Below, piece after piece: positions 60,654-64,000 of a stretch of DNA of 64,000 nt. The stretch is taken from the NCBI GenBank assembly GCA_034423135.1, contig DAOUJC010000010.1:12901-76900 (forward strand). Direction: 5' to 3'. The DNA is from Dehalococcoidia bacterium. GTDB taxonomy: Bacteria > Chloroflexota > Dehalococcoidia > Lucifugimonadales > UBA2985. The position numbers were made by a program, and so were the translations under genes. The first letter of the stretch is position 1. Every line of letters begins with the position of its first letter. The notes below the pieces were generated by a model. It saw nothing but the letters and a program-made list of their open reading frames with translations. It was not told where the DNA came from and ran no database searches.

Positions 60654-60843
60654 CGCTCCACTGTGTCTAAGTGGAGACAGATTGTAAACCCTGTGTCAAG
60701 GGTGCGCAATCCCCGAAGGAAACGCGCGATTGCGTAGCTCCCAATTTCGGGGCCGACGAATCCTGCATTGCGTACCGGGGGTTTCCCCAGTCTGAAGATT
60801 CGACTATAATCAAGAATAATGATAGGCGCTCAGGGGGGGAGTC

Positions 60844-61239
60844 ATGTCCGAGCGGTATCAGAAAGAAATCGAGGAGATCCTCCGGCAGGCGGGAGAGCAC
60901 ACTCCCACCAAAGAGCCGGAAAGACCCCACAAGAGATCGCCCTCGTCCGCATTCAGTGGCATTGGCAGGGGTGTGGCGAGCCTGATTTACCACAGTTCAA
61001 GCCGCCTGATCGTGATCGGCGCTGTTTTGCTGCTGCTGGCCGTACTGGTCAGCGTTATCCTGCCTGGCTTCCTTGGGCCCTTCGTGTGGCTCGGGCTGAT
61101 CCTGTTCATATTGATCTACGCGCTCTACTTCGCGCGACCCGGCAGCAGCCCGGAAAAGCGCTGGCGAGGGCGAGCTATCGAGCCGTCCCCTAGAGAGAAC
61201 AGCGGGTGGTCGCGGCTCCAGCGCTGGCTCAAGCGCTAG
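60844..61239 (+). CDS. Hypothetical membrane protein (2 TM helices)
   Basis: G-rich SD (GGGGGGGAG) before ATG 60844, a charged N-terminus and two hydrophobic helices. Confidence 0.5.
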   Translation: MSERYQKEIEEILRQAGEHTPTKEPERPHKRSPSSAFSGIGRGVASLIYHSSSRLIVIGAVLLLLAVLVSVILPGFLGPFVWLGLILFILIYALYFARPGSSPEKRWRGRAIEPSPRENSGWSRLQRWLKR

Positions 61240-61341
61240 GCGCGGCCGGCCTCCAAGCCGAAATGCGTGAGGGACGTTTCAGTGAGTAACGATCACCTGG
61301 GTTCCGCCAATGGCCTCTACTTTCCGCCCGACGTGGAGTGG

Positions 61342-61632
61342 ATGCGCACACCCCTCCGCGATAGCGCGCTCGCGTTCATTCACAAGACCGCGCTGGAACT
61401 GGCAGGGGACCGGGTGAAATCAGCCTGCATCACGGTTGGTCATGTGTTCGGCGAACCTGACTCAGAGTCTATTGACCTCACCATGACCGTTGACTCAGAT
61501 TGGGAGTACATCAAGAAGCTCCAGATGGACATCATTCACAGGGTCAGAGAGTGGACCATTGAGTGGCCAAAGGGTGACTGGGAAGATTACGCGACAAGGG
61601 TGTTCTTCTGCTTGCTCCCCGCGAAGCTATGA
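61342..61632 (+). CDS. Small protein upstream of the HEPN gene, possibly a degenerate minimal nucleotidyltransferase-like antitoxin
   Basis: ATG 61342 has GGAGTGG upstream (the track start is 61267). The VGHVFGEPDSESIDLTM segment weakly resembles the GS-x-D-x-D NTase core. A 4-nt overlap (ATGA) joins it to the next ORF. Confidence 0.4.
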   Translation: MRTPLRDSALAFIHKTALELAGDRVKSACITVGHVFGEPDSESIDLTMTVDSDWEYIKKLQMDIIHRVREWTIEWPKGDWEDYATRVFFCLLPAKL

Positions 61633-62060
61633 AGCCGTTGGACTTCTATCGGCTGGGGCTCTCCCTGGCGGAATCGGCTGACTCGGAAGCTGCACAGCGC
61701 ACGGCCGTAAACAGGCTCTACTACGGACTTCATCACGAGGCCTGTTGCAGGTATTTCAGGAACAACCCCGACTCAGAGCCTGTTTATGCCGGACGCAGAC
61801 ACTCGGAACTCCGCAACCGGTACACTAGTCACGTGGATGAAAGGGCCAACGCAGTCGGCCAACGCCTACAGTACCTCATAGAGATGCGAAGGCTGGCAGA
61901 CTACCAACTTGCTCCGCCTCTCAGCTTCAGGGGACAACCACTGGCACCACAAGAGTTCCTGAACCTGGCATTAGAGGCAGCCCACCAACTCCTGGACGCG
62001 CTTGAGGACTACTCGCCCGGCGAGGCAGAGGACGGTTGCACCTGCCTTGTGCAGTTCTGA
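61629..62060 (+). CDS. HEPN-domain protein
   Basis: The all-helical pattern AVNRLYYGLHHEA...H....F......L..L.EMRRLADY matches PF05168-type HEPN. It is translationally coupled to the upstream small ORF. Confidence 0.55.
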   Translation: MKPLDFYRLGLSLAESADSEAAQRTAVNRLYYGLHHEACCRYFRNNPDSEPVYAGRRHSELRNRYTSHVDERANAVGQRLQYLIEMRRLADYQLAPPLSFRGQPLAPQEFLNLALEAAHQLLDALEDYSPGEAEDGCTCLVQF

Positions 62061-62087
62061 GCCGCTGAAGACGACCTCTCCCCGTCC

Positions 62088-63887
62088 CTAGATCGCGCAC
62101 TCCCCCTCGCCGCGCTCAACCTTGTAGAGCACCGTCTTGCTCCAGTCCATGTACGTGTCGATGTTGTCCCGGTTCAGCGGGCCAAGGTCCTGGTACTCCG
62201 CCGCAATGGCCTCGAACGGAGCCGCGCCAACCCTGTCCACAAAGGAGTTGAACGTCTCAGCCTCAGCGCGGTTGCCCTGGTAGTACTCCAGGACCGTGCG
62301 TATCACCTCCGGCACGCGCTTCGCCGGGATCTTGCCCTTGGGCCGCATCCCGATTCGCGCCTCGTCCTGCCCGCGCAGGTCCTGGTAGCTTCCGCCCACG
62401 AACATCTCGTACGCGGGCACCTGGTTGCCGCCGTCGCCCTTCATCGACCCGCCGTGGAACCCGATGTTGGCTATGTGGTGCTGCCCGCACGAGTTGGGGC
62501 AGCCGCTCATCTTGATGTGCAGCGACTTCACCAGCGGATCGGACAGGTCCATCACCGCGAGCTCCTCGCGAATCGCCTTGCCCAGACCCATCGACGACGT
62601 GATGCCCAGCTTGCAGCTGTCGGTGCCGGGGCAGGATGTGACGTCGGTGATCGTGTTCACCTCCGGCTCGGCCAGGCCCGCATCCTTCAGGTCTCGCCAC
62701 AGCGGGTACAGCACCTCTTGGGGCACCCACCTGAGCGCCATGTTCTGCTGCTGCGTGAAGCGGGCGCGCCCGCTGGAGTACTTTCGCGTAATCTCGGCCA
62801 GCAGCGGGAACTGCTCCTCCTGGATGTCCCCCTGTGGCAGCTTGATGACCACCACGACGTAGCCGTCCTGCTTCTGAGGCTCCACGTTGGTTGCCGCCCA
62901 CAGGTCGAACTCACCGGCGTCGCCATTAGGCGACATCCGCCCCTCGGCCAGCGCCACAGCCTCGGCGTCCGGCGCGTCCGACGCCTCGTCGTCCAGGTAT
63001 AGCAGCGGCGTTGGATCGATGGGCTCCTGCGCCCACGGCTTCTCGAGCTCGCTCTCAACCATCACGCGGAACTCGTCGATGCCCACGCGGTCGACGAGGA
63101 ACTTGATTCTCGCCTTCATCCTGTTCTTGCGCAGCTCGTCAGATGCGTCGAACACGCGCAGCACCGCCTCGCAGACTCGCAGGAAGTCGCTCACCGGCAC
63201 AAACTCGTACAGCGTGGGCGCAATGCGGGCCATGATGGAAAGGCCGCCGCCCACCACAATCTTGAAGCCTCGCTCCTCCTGCCCGTCCACCTCACGCACC
63301 CTGGGGATGAAGCCGATGTCGTGGATGCTGGTGATGGCGCAGTCCCTCTCGCACCCGGAGAATGCCGTCTTGATCTTGCGGGGCATGGACTGCGTTACGG
63401 GGTGGCGCAGGAAGTAGCGAGCGTACGCGCCCGCGTAGGGCGTCACGTCGAATGGCTCATCGTGGCAGACGCCGGACAGCGGGCAGCCGGCGACGTTTCG
63501 CACGGTGTTGCCGCAGGCCTCGCGGGTCGAAAGGCCCGTCTGGCCGAGCACGTTCAGCGCCTCGTGGGCCTCCGTCAGAGGCACGAAGTGGAACTGCATG
63601 TTCTCGCGGGTGGTCACGTGGCCCTTCTTCATGGGCGCATAATCCCGCGCAATGGCGCCCAGAGTCTCAAGCTGCTCGGCGAATACCTCACCCACAGGCA
63701 GCTTCACCCTGAGCATGTGCACGTCCGGCTGGCGCTGCCCGTAGACGCCCATGCGCAGGCGGAAGGCCTGGAACGCGGTCGGGTCCCAGTCGCCCTGGAT
63801 GAACTCGCCCACCACCGACTCGAAGTTGTCCAGCTCTTCCTGCAGGACGGGAAGGATGCCCTTTTCGTTTATTCTTGCCTGGCTCAT
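62088..63887 (-). CDS. Ferredoxin-dependent sulfite/nitrite reductase (siroheme, 4Fe-4S)
   Basis: Cys cluster motifs TSCPGTDSCKLG and SGCPNSCGQH, with duplicated NIR_SIR ferredoxin-like halves. Confidence 0.9.
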   Translation of the reverse strand: MSQARINEKGILPVLQEELDNFESVVGEFIQGDWDPTAFQAFRLRMGVYGQRQPDVHMLRVKLPVGEVFAEQLETLGAIARDYAPMKKGHVTTRENMQFHFVPLTEAHEALNVLGQTGLSTREACGNTVRNVAGCPLSGVCHDEPFDVTPYAGAYARYFLRHPVTQSMPRKIKTAFSGCERDCAITSIHDIGFIPRVREVDGQEERGFKIVVGGGLSIMARIAPTLYEFVPVSDFLRVCEAVLRVFDASDELRKNRMKARIKFLVDRVGIDEFRVMVESELEKPWAQEPIDPTPLLYLDDEASDAPDAEAVALAEGRMSPNGDAGEFDLWAATNVEPQKQDGYVVVVIKLPQGDIQEEQFPLLAEITRKYSSGRARFTQQQNMALRWVPQEVLYPLWRDLKDAGLAEPEVNTITDVTSCPGTDSCKLGITSSMGLGKAIREELAVMDLSDPLVKSLHIKMSGCPNSCGQHHIANIGFHGGSMKGDGGNQVPAYEMFVGGSYQDLRGQDEARIGMRPKGKIPAKRVPEVIRTVLEYYQGNRAEAETFNSFVDRVGAAPFEAIAAEYQDLGPLNRDNIDTYMDWSKTVLYKVERGEGECAI

Positions 63888-64000
63888 GATGCCTCCTTGG
63901 GAGTCCGCCTGCGGTGCGGGATTGCGCCTGAAACAAGTCGCCCCTCAGGGCGCAGCTGAGGGGGCGATACTGGCAAGCCTTTGAAGACGCGCGATCCCCC

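Noticed and set aside
63938-63967. Hairpin TCGCCCCTCAG-ggcgcag-CTGAGGGGGCGA upstream of the sulfite/nitrite reductase gene, as a possible riboswitch or terminator.
   Set aside because: It is a single imperfect stem at the window edge, with only a weak U-tract and no recognisable riboswitch core. The context is insufficient.

Overview
This is a high-GC bacterial chromosomal segment. T-box, CIRCE, sortase and ThyX suggest a monoderm, Chloroflexota-like organism, but that is inference only. Most of the window is ordinary housekeeping. It holds a complete phosphate module on the minus strand (pstS-pstC-pstA-pstB-phoU plus a MIP channel, next to a PhoR/PhoP-type two-component pair). It also holds LysR plus isocitrate lyase, leuS, a glnA-gltB-gltD block, thiolase/DUF35, rsmG, groES-groEL with CIRCE, ligA, pth, argC, nth, a Trp T-box in front of trpS-trpE, a sortase, gyrB and gyrA, a double-domain ThyX and a siroheme sulfite/nitrite reductase. 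Three tRNAs are present (Pro-CGG, Glu-UUC, Gly-UCC). I found no rRNA, CRISPR array, transposase or integrase.

The less ordinary content falls into six groups:
1. Three Pho-box-like arrays share the same geometry: four TTAA(C/G)-type units at exact 11-bp phasing, then 11 nt, then a TAnnnT hexamer. One sits before pstS and one before a small Cys-rich ORF. The third is an orphan, lying in front of a structured non-coding stretch.
2. pstS is an in-frame tandem duplication with a 966-bp period.
3. Several visibly AT-richer one- or two-gene insertions carry nucleic-acid-targeting or defence-type genes. These are a PUA/EVE-like nuclease fusion bracketed by 144-bp direct repeats, a DUF262-DUF1524 (GmrSD-like) gene, a frameshifted DUF4268-type gene and a HEPN pair. 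A family-less orphan ORF also sits between the LysR gene and its apparent operator.
4. A mosaic family of hairpin-forming intergenic repeat modules occurs at six loci.
5. Two enzymes are atypical: a 761-aa PEPCK-like protein and the fused ThyX with complementary motif loss.
6. An MFS gene has its first transmembrane helix upstream of any canonical start codon.

No clear multi-gene novel system is visible. The best candidates for follow-up are the repeat-bracketed EVE-nuclease cassette and the orphan Pho-box locus. Many long antisense ORFs in the track are high-GC shadows and were not called.
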